Below are positions 40,717 through 48,375 of a DNA stretch of 64,000 bases, in pieces. The position numbers were made by a program, and so were the translations under genes. The DNA lies in contig DATEFB010000002.1 in assembly GCA_035280845.1 (NCBI GenBank), forward strand, positions 61,183-125,182, written 5' to 3'. How positions within the stretch are numbered: the stretch's first letter is position 1; every line of letters begins with the position of its first letter. This stretch comes from Candidatus Saccharimonadales bacterium (GTDB lineage: Bacteria > Patescibacteriota > Saccharimonadia > Saccharimonadales > EFPC-124). The notes beneath the pieces are model-generated. The model was not told where the DNA came from, did no database searches, and saw only the letters and a list, made by a program, of their open reading frames with translations.

Positions 40717-42171
40717 ATGCCTACGCGTAACATTGCTTGGCCCTCTGGTAAAGTGCATCGTACGACACTTATTGCCATGTTTTGTGGCAGTTTGCTTTGC
40801 GGTTTGGGGCTTGTGCAGGCTGGCTGGAATATGCATGGAGTCGTTTGGGCGGTTGTTTCGTGCGCGCTATTAATTGGGTGCTATGGCCGAGTGTGCGTGG
40901 TGGCCGTGCCGGCTGCTGTGCTTGCGGGTGTGGTGTTTGGAGTATGGCGGGGTACTGACATGCAGGTTGGGCTGGCGGTATATGCGAATTACATTGACCA
41001 AAAAGTTACGATTACCGGCACGGTGATTGACGATGCTGGATATGGTGACAAAGGCCAGCGTGATATGCGTCTGCGCGACGTGCAATTTGATGGCCGTAGC
41101 CCGCCTGGCGTTGTGCGCGTTACAAGCCACACCATGAGCCAGCCGCGACGTGGTGATGTTGTGCAGGCAACCGGTAAACTGCGCGAAGGCTTTGGCAATT
41201 ACCAGGGAGCAATCTATTTTGGTGAGCTGCGTATTGTGTCGGTCAACCAGAATCCCGCCGAGGCGCTCCGAAGGCAATTTGCGGCGGGCGTGTATTCGGT
41301 TATGCCCGATTTGCAGGCCAGCCTTGGTTTGGGCGTATTAATGGGCATAAAGACGCAGCTGTCTGACGAGCTTGATAGCCAGCTAAAGACACTCGCCCTG
41401 ACGCATATTGTTGTAGCCAGTGGATACAACCTTACTGTGCTCATGCGTTTGGCGCGGCGCCTCTTCGAAAAGCGCTCTAAGTTCCAGACCCTGGTGGTGG
41501 GCAGTTCGCTCATGTCGGCATTCGTCGTGGTGACGGGATTCAGCCCAAGTATGACGCGTGCCGCGTTAGTGAGCGGGCTTAGTTTGCTTGCATGGTATTT
41601 TGGGCGGCGTGTGCATCCGGTTGTATTGCTGCTTTTCGTTGCGGCGCTGACTGCGGGCATTAATCCGCTCTACGTGTGGGGTGATCTTGGATGGTGGTTG
41701 TCGTTTCTGGCGTTTGCCGGTGTTTTATTGGTGGCGCCGCTTTTAGAACACCGGCTTTTTGGCGAGAAGCGTCCAAAACTCGTTGGCCAGCTTGTGATCG
41801 AAACGTCAGCCGCGCAGATCACCACTCTGCCATTGACGTTGGCTATTTTTGGCAACTTGTCTATTCTGGGGCTGCCCGCAAATGTGCTCATAGTGCCGCT
41901 TATCCCGCTGGCTATGCTATTCACGCTGGTTGGAGGCGTGGCGGCGGCAATTATCGGGCCGCTGGGTGCGTATGTCGCGGTTCCGGCCGTGTGGTTGCTG
42001 ACATATATTACGAGCCTGATTGCTGGGCTTTCGGCAATACCGTGGGCGGCAACGACCCTCAAAATCGAAGCCTGGATGATGCTGGTGTTATATGGAATCC
42101 TGGCCGGCGTTTGCATACTGATATGGCGCAAAACCAGGCATGATTTTATGGGGCGAAGTGTGATAGAATAA
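40717..42171 (+). CDS. comEC: ComEC/Rec2-family DNA internalisation channel (no metallo-beta-lactamase domain)
   Basis: 484 aa with an N-terminal OB-like (DUF4131-type) region (VTITGTVIDD...RVTS) and a polytopic competence domain (LTHIVVASGYNLTVL). Confidence 0.8.
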   Translation: MPTRNIAWPSGKVHRTTLIAMFCGSLLCGLGLVQAGWNMHGVVWAVVSCALLIGCYGRVCVVAVPAAVLAGVVFGVWRGTDMQVGLAVYANYIDQKVTITGTVIDDAGYGDKGQRDMRLRDVQFDGRSPPGVVRVTSHTMSQPRRGDVVQATGKLREGFGNYQGAIYFGELRIVSVNQNPAEALRRQFAAGVYSVMPDLQASLGLGVLMGIKTQLSDELDSQLKTLALTHIVVASGYNLTVLMRLARRLFEKRSKFQTLVVGSSLMSAFVVVTGFSPSMTRAALVSGLSLLAWYFGRRVHPVVLLLFVAALTAGINPLYVWGDLGWWLSFLAFAGVLLVAPLLEHRLFGEKRPKLVGQLVIETSAAQITTLPLTLAIFGNLSILGLPANVLIVPLIPLAMLFTLVGGVAAAIIGPLGAYVAVPAVWLLTYITSLIAGLSAIPWAATTLKIEAWMMLVLYGILAGVCILIWRKTRHDFMGRSVIE

Positions 42172-42207
42172 GGAAAATAATCATCTGTCAAATACGAGGA
42201 TACAGCG

Positions 42208-42930
42208 ATGTCAGGACACTCTAAATGGTCGACCATTAAGCGTCAAAAAGAAATCACCGATGCCAAAAAAGGCGCGGTATTCACCAAACTTGCAAACGCA
42301 ATTACGGTTGCGGCGAAAAGCGGTGGCGATCCAACAACAAACTTTAGCTTGCGGTTGGTGCTCGACCAAGCTCGCGCGGCTAACATGCCAAACACCAACA
42401 TTCAGCGGGCTATCGACCGCGGCACCGGTAAGCTTGGTGGCGACGCAATCGAAGAGGTCATGTACGAAGGGTACGGCCCTGGTGGCACGGCAGTCATTAT
42501 TGAGTGCGCTACGGACAATAAAAACCGCACGTACCCGGACGTCCGCCTGGCGTTCAGTAAGAACGGTGGCAACATGGCCGAGCCTGGTTCGGTTGCATTC
42601 CAATTTACGCGCAAGGGTGTCATACGGGCGGCGTTTACCGGAGACGCCGACGAGGCCATGCTTGCCGCAATTGACGCAGGCGCAGAAGATGCCGAGACCG
42701 AAGACGGCGAAATGCTTATTTATACCGAAGCCAAGCAATTTACTGCTGTGCGCGACGCCTTGGGCGCAGCTGGCCTGACTGTGAAAGAAGCCGAGCTCAG
42801 TTTCGTGCCAAACAATACAGTAGAGGTTACCGACGCCGAAACTGCACGCAAAATCATGAACCTTATGGACGCGCTCGACAACCTCGACGACGTCACCAAC
42901 ACGTACTCTAACTTCGATATTAAAGAGTAA
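42208..42930 (+). CDS. YebC/PmpR-family transcriptional regulator
   Basis: The N-terminus MSGHSKWSTIKRQK is diagnostic; 240 aa. Confidence 0.9.
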   Translation: MSGHSKWSTIKRQKEITDAKKGAVFTKLANAITVAAKSGGDPTTNFSLRLVLDQARAANMPNTNIQRAIDRGTGKLGGDAIEEVMYEGYGPGGTAVIIECATDNKNRTYPDVRLAFSKNGGNMAEPGSVAFQFTRKGVIRAAFTGDADEAMLAAIDAGAEDAETEDGEMLIYTEAKQFTAVRDALGAAGLTVKEAELSFVPNNTVEVTDAETARKIMNLMDALDNLDDVTNTYSNFDIKE

Positions 42931-43403
42931 TGCGCATACTGGGCATCGACCCTGGCACAGGCATTATGGGGTTTGGTGTCATTGATTCCGGCACGCAGCC
43001 AAAGCTGGTTGACGCGGGTGTTATCCGTACAAAAGTGCATCAGCCCGAACCGGAACGCTTGCTGATTATTTACGATTCGTTGCAGGAAATAGTCACTGCC
43101 AACAAACCCGAGGCGGTGTCGGTGGAAAAGCTTTTTTTTGCTCGCAACGTAACAACCGCCATGAGCGTCTCGCAGGCACGTGGCGTCGTATTATTGGTAG
43201 CTCAGCAGCACAAACTACCAATCTTTGAGTACACGCCAATGCAAATCAAGCAATCACTCACCGGGTACGGCAAGGCTGACAAAAAGCAGATGCAGGAGAT
43301 GGTCAGGATTTTACTGAAGCTAAAAGACGTTCCAAAGCCCGATGACTGTGCCGATGCGCTGGCCGCAGCGCTTACGTACGCCGCCCACGCATCGCTTGGT
43401 TGA
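42930..43403 (+). CDS. ruvC: Holliday junction resolvase RuvC
   Basis: MRILGIDPGT..., 157 aa, with the ATG overlapping the yebC stop. Confidence 0.9.
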   Translation: MRILGIDPGTGIMGFGVIDSGTQPKLVDAGVIRTKVHQPEPERLLIIYDSLQEIVTANKPEAVSVEKLFFARNVTTAMSVSQARGVVLLVAQQHKLPIFEYTPMQIKQSLTGYGKADKKQMQEMVRILLKLKDVPKPDDCADALAAALTYAAHASLG

Positions 43404-43465
43404 TACGTTTTTTATAAAGTGCTCTGTTTGACCAATCGTCAAAATATAGCTGCTATACTGGTACT

Positions 43466-44044
43466 ATGATCGCGCATGTGAGTGGAGAGGTAGTTGAAAA
43501 AACTGCGAACGCGTTAATTATTGACGTCGGCGGTTTGGGGTACGAAGTGCAGGTTGCTGCGCATGATTTTGAGGCGGCGGCACTAGGCCAGGCTATCAAA
43601 TTGTATACTCACGACCATCTGCGGGAGAACGCGCACGAGCTTTTTGGCTTTTCGCACTTAACCGCTAAACGTTTATTTGAGCTGCTTATTTCGGTATCGG
43701 GCGTGGGCCCTAAAATGGCGCTGGCAATTTTATCTTTGGGCAACATAGAATCAACCCGCAGCGCTATTGCCATGGGCGACAGCAGTTTTGTGCAGCGGGC
43801 CAGCGGCGTTGGCAAACGGATTGCCGAACGCATAACAGTGGACTTACGCGACAAGGTGGGCGCGCCTGGTACTGCGGCCACGTCCGACGCACCAATGACC
43901 GGCTTGCCCGGCGACGACGCCTTGGACGCACTGTTGGCACTGGGCTATACCATGCAGCAGGCCAATGAGGCACTGGCACAGGTGGATACCAAGCTGGACG
44001 TTCAGGCGCGCATTAAACTAGCCTTGCGGGTGATCGGCGGTTAG
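43466..44044 (+). CDS. ruvA: Holliday junction branch migration protein RuvA
   Basis: 192 aa with an OB N-terminus (MIAHVSGEV), HhH motifs (LISVSGVGPKMALAIL; ASGVGKRIAERI) and a C-terminal domain III. Confidence 0.9.
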   Translation: MIAHVSGEVVEKTANALIIDVGGLGYEVQVAAHDFEAAALGQAIKLYTHDHLRENAHELFGFSHLTAKRLFELLISVSGVGPKMALAILSLGNIESTRSAIAMGDSSFVQRASGVGKRIAERITVDLRDKVGAPGTAATSDAPMTGLPGDDALDALLALGYTMQQANEALAQVDTKLDVQARIKLALRVIGG

Positions 44045-44129
44045 CATGAAGTTATTCGGCGAAAGAGCTTTGATGAGGCCGACATACCTAACCTGATATT
44101 TCCATAGCTTTGAAAATCTCGGGTTGGGC

Positions 44130-44159
44130 CCGGTGCCCGTCTCTTCTGACGGGCACCGG
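44130..44159 (-). terminator. 12-bp GC-rich hairpin after island 3
   Basis: The minus strand reads CCGGTGCCCGTC-AGAAGA-GACGGGCACCGG, starting 7 nt after the stop. Only a weak, distant TTTT follows. Confidence 0.5.
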
Positions 44160-44165
44160 AAGGCC

Positions 44166-44621
44166 TCAGGAGGCTGCGAGTTCGCGGACATCCCAGGCGT
44201 AGTACCCCAACGTGTTGTCGCTGTAGAAGTCCTTGCCGGACTCGACCACAGTGCGCGGGTCCACCGACCAGAAGCCAATCTCGGGCTTGGGGCGGTGGGT
44301 CAGCGACCATCCGAGGAGGTAGATCCACGCGATGGGCATGAAGGGGTTGGGAACGAGCGCCAGGAGCAACGCCGCGAAGCTGAAGCTGCTGGTGTCGGTG
44401 AGCATGCGCCCCACCACCCACAGGGTACGGCCGTTGTGGTCGACTTGAGTGATGGCGTACATGTTGTGGAGATCGGGCGTGAACTCAGCCCAGGTGATCG
44501 GCTCGTGGCCGAACCCGGGACTGGTGCGCACGGGCTGCCACGCCAGGCTCTTGGTGCTGCGCCGACCCAGAAGCTGGCGCACCTTGCTTGAGATCTGCCG
44601 TTCGGCCTTGGTTTTTGACAC
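44166..44621 (-). CDS. Hypothetical membrane-associated protein, high-GC island 3 (151 aa)
   Basis: GC3-saturated minus-strand frame with a GTG start after an AGAGGTGA Shine-Dalgarno sequence. It has a hydrophobic stretch (FSFAALLLALVPNPFMPIAWIYLLGW) and no motif I recognise. Confidence 0.7.
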   Translation of the reverse strand: MSKTKAERQISSKVRQLLGRRSTKSLAWQPVRTSPGFGHEPITWAEFTPDLHNMYAITQVDHNGRTLWVVGRMLTDTSSFSFAALLLALVPNPFMPIAWIYLLGWSLTHRPKPEIGFWSVDPRTVVESGKDFYSDNTLGYYAWDVRELAAS

Positions 44622-44659
44622 GGAAGGTCACCTCTTTCTGGGACACGAACAGTATACTT

Positions 44660-44688
44660 ATTATACATAAAATGCTTGTATTTGTCAA
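44660..44688 (-). promoter_or_regulatory. Consensus sigma70 promoter of island 3
   Basis: The minus strand reads TTGACA, a 17-nt spacer, then TATAAT, 38 nt upstream of the GTG at 44621. Confidence 0.65.
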
Positions 44689-44804
44689 TAATGCCTTTCT
44701 TGACGGTCTAAACAGCCAGTTTCTTATAAATGCAATTAAAATTAAGATAGGTGGCCCACACATTTCACCCTTCATCAACTTGATGGTACGATAGTATAAG
44801 CATT

Positions 44805-45827
44805 ATGATTGAACGAATTGTCGACACCCAGCTGGACGAAGACGAACAGGCCGACGAACAGCAGCTGGAAAATACTTTGCGTCCGCGCGATTTCGCCAGC
44901 TACATTGGCCAGGCGCGGTTAAAAACAAACCTCAAACTCGCCATCGACGCCGCCCACAAACGCGGCGAACCCATTGATCACGTCCTTTTATACGGCCCGC
45001 CAGGGCTTGGCAAGACCACTATGGCTACCGTTATTGCGAACGAAATGGGTGCCAACATTCGCGTTACCAGCGGTCCGGCAATCGAGCGCGCTGGCGACCT
45101 GGCGAGCCTGCTCACCAACCTGGGCGAGGGCGACATTTTATTCATCGACGAAATCCACCGCCTTAACCATACCGTTGAGGAGGTGCTGTATAGCGCAATG
45201 GAGGACTATAAACTCGATATTATGCTTGGCAAAGGGCCGAGTGCGCGCAGCCTGCGGCTTGACCTGCCTAAATTCACGCTCATCGGCGCAACAACCCGCA
45301 CGGGTAACTTGGCTGCCCCGCTTCGTGACCGCTTCGGCATGATGCACCGCCTCGAATTTTATACCCACAATGAAATGGCGCAAATCATCCGGCGGTCGGC
45401 CGATATTCTGGGTGTGAGCATCGACGCGGCAGCTGCGGCCGAGCTTGCCAAGCGTGCGCGCCTGACGCCTCGCATTGCCAACCGGCTACTAAAGCGAGTC
45501 CGTGATTATGCCGATGTGAACGGCGATGGCATTATTGATATCGCAATTGCCCACAAAGCTATGCATTTGCTTGAGGTTGATGAGCTTGGGCTTGATCCGG
45601 CCGACCGTCATTTGCTGACAAAAATCATCGAGAACTTTTCGGGCGGTCCCGTAGGCGTCGAGACACTCGCAGCCATCACCGGCGATGAGCGCACCACGAT
45701 CGAGGATTTCTACGAACCATACCTCATGCAGATCGGCCTGCTCGAACGCACTCCCCGCGGCCGCAAGGCTACAATAAAAGCATACGGTCATTTGGGTCGG
45801 CCGTACACTCAACCTGAACCGCTGTAA
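44805..45827 (+). CDS. ruvB: Holliday junction DNA helicase RuvB
   Basis: 340 aa with Walker [10 protein letters not shown] and [16 protein letters not shown] box ends 7 nt before the ATG, suggesting a leaderless mRNA. Confidence 0.95.
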   Translation: MIERIVDTQLDEDEQADEQQLENTLRPRDFASYIGQARLKTNLKLAIDAAHKRGEPIDHVLLYGPPGLGKTTMATVIANEMGANIRVTSGPAIERAGDLASLLTNLGEGDILFIDEIHRLNHTVEEVLYSAMEDYKLDIMLGKGPSARSLRLDLPKFTLIGATTRTGNLAAPLRDRFGMMHRLEFYTHNEMAQIIRRSADILGVSIDAAAAAELAKRARLTPRIANRLLKRVRDYADVNGDGIIDIAIAHKAMHLLEVDELGLDPADRHLLTKIIENFSGGPVGVETLAAITGDERTTIEDFYEPYLMQIGLLERTPRGRKATIKAYGHLGRPYTQPEPL

Positions 45828-45879
45828 TTAGCCCATAGCCGCACCTGCTATAATCAGTACATAAATAGGAGTTCCATCA

Positions 45880-46593
45880 GTGGATCCCAATGCTCAACAT
45901 GTCCCTCAGCAGCCACAACAGCCACACCCCGTTCGGGTGGGGGCGGCTCGTGGCATTCATCCGACCCAACCGCCAGCGCTCATTACACCAGAGGTAGAGA
46001 AGCGGCATAAGGCTTCACAGGCTTCATTTCCGCACTTATCGCTTTCGGCAGGCGAGTACGTTATTGAGGAAGTGCGAAGGCATCCAATCGGCCTGCTTTC
46101 TATTTGGGTAATCGTTGGTTTTTTGGTGTTGTGCGCTGTTGCGATTGCGCCATTTTACGGTGCTAACATTCCATTCATTGCCCAGGTATTTATGACGACG
46201 CCTGAGCAATTGCCATCGGCCGCCCTCCTGTCGATACCGACCTTCATACTCGCGATCCTGTTTGGGCTGGGTGGCGTGGTTGCGACCATAATTTATAACG
46301 GTAACAAGTTTTATATCACGAACGAAAGCATTGTGCAGTATATCCAAACGGGCTTGTTCACGACAAAACAGCAGGTGGTGAACCTGATCAATGTCGAGGA
46401 TGCCAGTAGCGAAAAGGTGAATATTATTGAGCATCTCCTTAACTACGGCACGCTCCGGCTTTCGACACAGGGTGAGGAAACAATCTACCATTTTCGTTTT
46501 GTTGCCGATCCTCAACGGGTTGTGCATGCAATTAACGACGCGTCGGAACGCGCCGTTAAGATTTTGCAGGGCTATCCTGCATCTGAGTACTAG
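45880..46593 (+). CDS. Membrane protein with a bacterial PH (YdbT/DUF304-like) domain
   Basis: 237 aa with a GTG start. GEYVIEEVRRHPIGLL is followed by 2 TM helices and a PH-like C-terminus. Confidence 0.6.
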   Translation: MDPNAQHVPQQPQQPHPVRVGAARGIHPTQPPALITPEVEKRHKASQASFPHLSLSAGEYVIEEVRRHPIGLLSIWVIVGFLVLCAVAIAPFYGANIPFIAQVFMTTPEQLPSAALLSIPTFILAILFGLGGVVATIIYNGNKFYITNESIVQYIQTGLFTTKQQVVNLINVEDASSEKVNIIEHLLNYGTLRLSTQGEETIYHFRFVADPQRVVHAINDASERAVKILQGYPASEY

Positions 46594-46596
46594 CCG

Positions 46597-46989
46597 TTAT
46601 TTATTGCGGCTGTCTTTAACGAAGTCGGCTTCGTTCTCGAGGTCTGCAGTAAGGGTGTAGCTTTTACACTTGCCGTCGGTGCAGTCTTTTGGCTCATAGC
46701 GGTAGTTGCTGCCATATTCGCCCACGATTTTGCCCGATGGGTCTTTAAGGCTTTCCGGGTTTACGCCTTTTAGCTGGTCGGCGGCAAGGCGCTCTGGGTA
46801 GCCCTGGTTAGCTGCAAAGTATACATCTTCGAGGTTGTAATAGATCTCGTTCATGGCTGTTTTGCGTGCGCTGTCACGATGGGCAACCTCGAGGTCTCGC
46901 TTCTGGACATAAAAAATAGTCGCAGCTGCCAGTAAAAAGACGACAGCGATAATGAGTTCGAGTACGGTAAATCCGCGTTGCTTCTGCAT
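46597..46989 (-). CDS. Type IV pilin-like protein (prepilin N-terminal methylation motif), orphan
   Basis: The N-terminus MQKQRGFTVLELIIAVVFLLAAATIF has the G/F cleavage site with E at +5. The protein is 130 aa with a C-terminal Cys pair (CTDGKC). Confidence 0.85.
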   Translation of the reverse strand: MQKQRGFTVLELIIAVVFLLAAATIFYVQKRDLEVAHRDSARKTAMNEIYYNLEDVYFAANQGYPERLAADQLKGVNPESLKDPSGKIVGEYGSNYRYEPKDCTDGKCKSYTLTADLENEADFVKDSRNK

Positions 46990-47070
46990 AAAATCTTCCT
47001 GTTTAATACCTCTATTCTACTATATAGCATATGCGAAATTTTTAACGTGACATACATACCATAAGCGTAT

Positions 47071-47703
47071 ATGATGCTTTTTGTGCAAGAAATTATTCAG
47101 GCCACCGTTTTGCTGGCCTTGTTAAGTGCTGCAACGGCAAAACAGCTATATGATTTACGCAAAGGGGGGAGGGCAGCTCCACTTAGTTTTGCTATCTGGA
47201 CAACAGTGAACATTGTGTCTGTGTCGGCGCAAGTGGCCACACAGCCGACGCCCATTGCTTTGTTGCTGCCGGTGGGGCAGTTGGTGTCGATGGGTTTGAT
47301 TTTAGGGTTTGCGCTGCGGAGCTCGCACAGGTCGGCACAGGTTAGCGCGTCACAACGAGCTGCTGTGCTACTGTGTCTGGCCGGACTAAGTGCCTGGATT
47401 ATTCTGAGAGACCCTATGTATGCCATTGCTGGAAATGTTGTCGCGAATATCGCTGGGGTACTGCCAACCTGGGAGCAGGCCTGGAGGCACCCTCGCACAA
47501 TCAGTCTGGGGTATTGGCTGATCGAGGGCGGTACCGTTTTAGTAGGACTGCTCGTTGTGGTGCTGCATGCGCCGGGTCACCTGGCTTCACTTGTGCCGCA
47601 GCTTACGGGCGCCTTCATTTGCTGGAGTATTTTAGGTGTCAGATGGATGCGCCTCAGGCCAATACGACCAATGGCAGATGTTGCGACAGATTTGCAAACG
47701 TAA
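47071..47703 (+). CDS. Hypothetical polytopic membrane protein
   Basis: 210 aa with about 6 TM helices and no recognised motif. Confidence 0.6.
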   Translation: MMLFVQEIIQATVLLALLSAATAKQLYDLRKGGRAAPLSFAIWTTVNIVSVSAQVATQPTPIALLLPVGQLVSMGLILGFALRSSHRSAQVSASQRAAVLLCLAGLSAWIILRDPMYAIAGNVVANIAGVLPTWEQAWRHPRTISLGYWLIEGGTVLVGLLVVVLHAPGHLASLVPQLTGAFICWSILGVRWMRLRPIRPMADVATDLQT

Positions 47704-47719
47704 TGGTTTGCTGTACAAT
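47692..47719 (+). promoter_or_regulatory. Candidate promoter of island 4
   Basis: TTGCAA, a 16-nt spacer, then TACAAT. It overlaps the last codons of the upstream gene. Confidence 0.45.
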
Positions 47720-47760
47720 ACTGCCCGCAAGGAATCCGTTCCAAACAGGTGGAGGCATGC

Positions 47761-48234
47761 GTGGAGATTTCCATCCCCGACGGTCAGATCATTCCTAACG
47801 ACAGGTCTGTGATCGTGCGGGATGACCCGGCGCAGATCGCGTATCTGCTCCAGCTCACCGACATCTATGGCCATCTGGCCGACGGTACGCGCTACGAGTC
47901 GGACACGATCGACATCCGGCTCACGCTCGATGGCGAACTTGTGGAGTGCAGTGTGGTTCTGATCAGGGAGCCGCGACCGACGCTGGTGGTCACGTTGCCG
48001 CTCACCGGCGACACCACCCAGTACCTGCTACTGCGCGACGACAGTCCGCCGGACCAGCGCAAGTGGTCGTTTGCCACCCGACTCCTCGTCCTGCCCACGG
48101 ACAACCCGGAGCACTGGGGCGAAGACGACGCTGGCTTCGAACAGCGCGATGGCCGCATCCTGCTCTTCGCAGGGCTCGCCAACATCAACCGCTGGTTCCG
48201 GCCGGGCCCGGTGGAGGCGCTCCCGGGGGTCTGA
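47761..48234 (+). CDS. Hypothetical protein, high-GC island 4 (~157 aa)
   Basis: GC3-saturated frame. I prefer the GTG at 47761, which lies 6 nt after a GGAGG sequence. The track start (GTG at 47749) overlaps that GGAGG. The stop is TGA, and I recognise no motif. Confidence 0.7.
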   Translation: MEISIPDGQIIPNDRSVIVRDDPAQIAYLLQLTDIYGHLADGTRYESDTIDIRLTLDGELVECSVVLIREPRPTLVVTLPLTGDTTQYLLLRDDSPPDQRKWSFATRLLVLPTDNPEHWGEDDAGFEQRDGRILLFAGLANINRWFRPGPVEALPGV

Positions 48235-48245
48235 CCGTGATTCCT

Positions 48246-48283
48246 GGTGGGGTGGATGGTGCTACAATGCCATCCACCCCACC
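48246..48283 (+). terminator. 14-bp perfect GC-rich hairpin without a U tract after island 4
   Basis: GGTGGGGTGGATGG-TGCTACAATG-CCATCCACCCCACC, followed by an A-run rather than a T-run. The loop contains TGCTACAAT. Confidence 0.45.
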
Positions 48284-48375
48284 CGCATAAAAAAATGGGC
48301 TCGCATATCCGGCCAACCTGTACTACAATCCCCATGCGCTATATACTGGTATAAGAGAAAGAGAGGGTATAAACT

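Noticed and set aside
44124-44670. Alternative ORFs in island 3 (44124-44591 +, 44300-44668 -, 44041-44421 -).
   Set aside because: Only the 44166-44621 minus frame shows the G/C third-position bias and has a Shine-Dalgarno sequence and a promoter. The others are overlapping frames kept open by the high G+C content.
10187-48283. The high-GC cassettes considered as integron gene cassettes with attC sites, or as MITE or IS insertions.
   Set aside because: The cassettes are dispersed, not arrayed. Each has its own promoter. The downstream hairpins are short (23-38 nt), mutually unrelated and lack the attC R/L core pattern. I could find no intI, transposase, inverted terminal repeats or target-site duplications.
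48300-48375. An SOS/LexA-type operator upstream of recA (CTGTACTACAAT resembles half of CTGT-N8-ACAG).
   Set aside because: The second half-site (ACAG) is absent, and no GAAC-N4-GTTC (Cheo box) is present. The motif is better explained as a -10 region.
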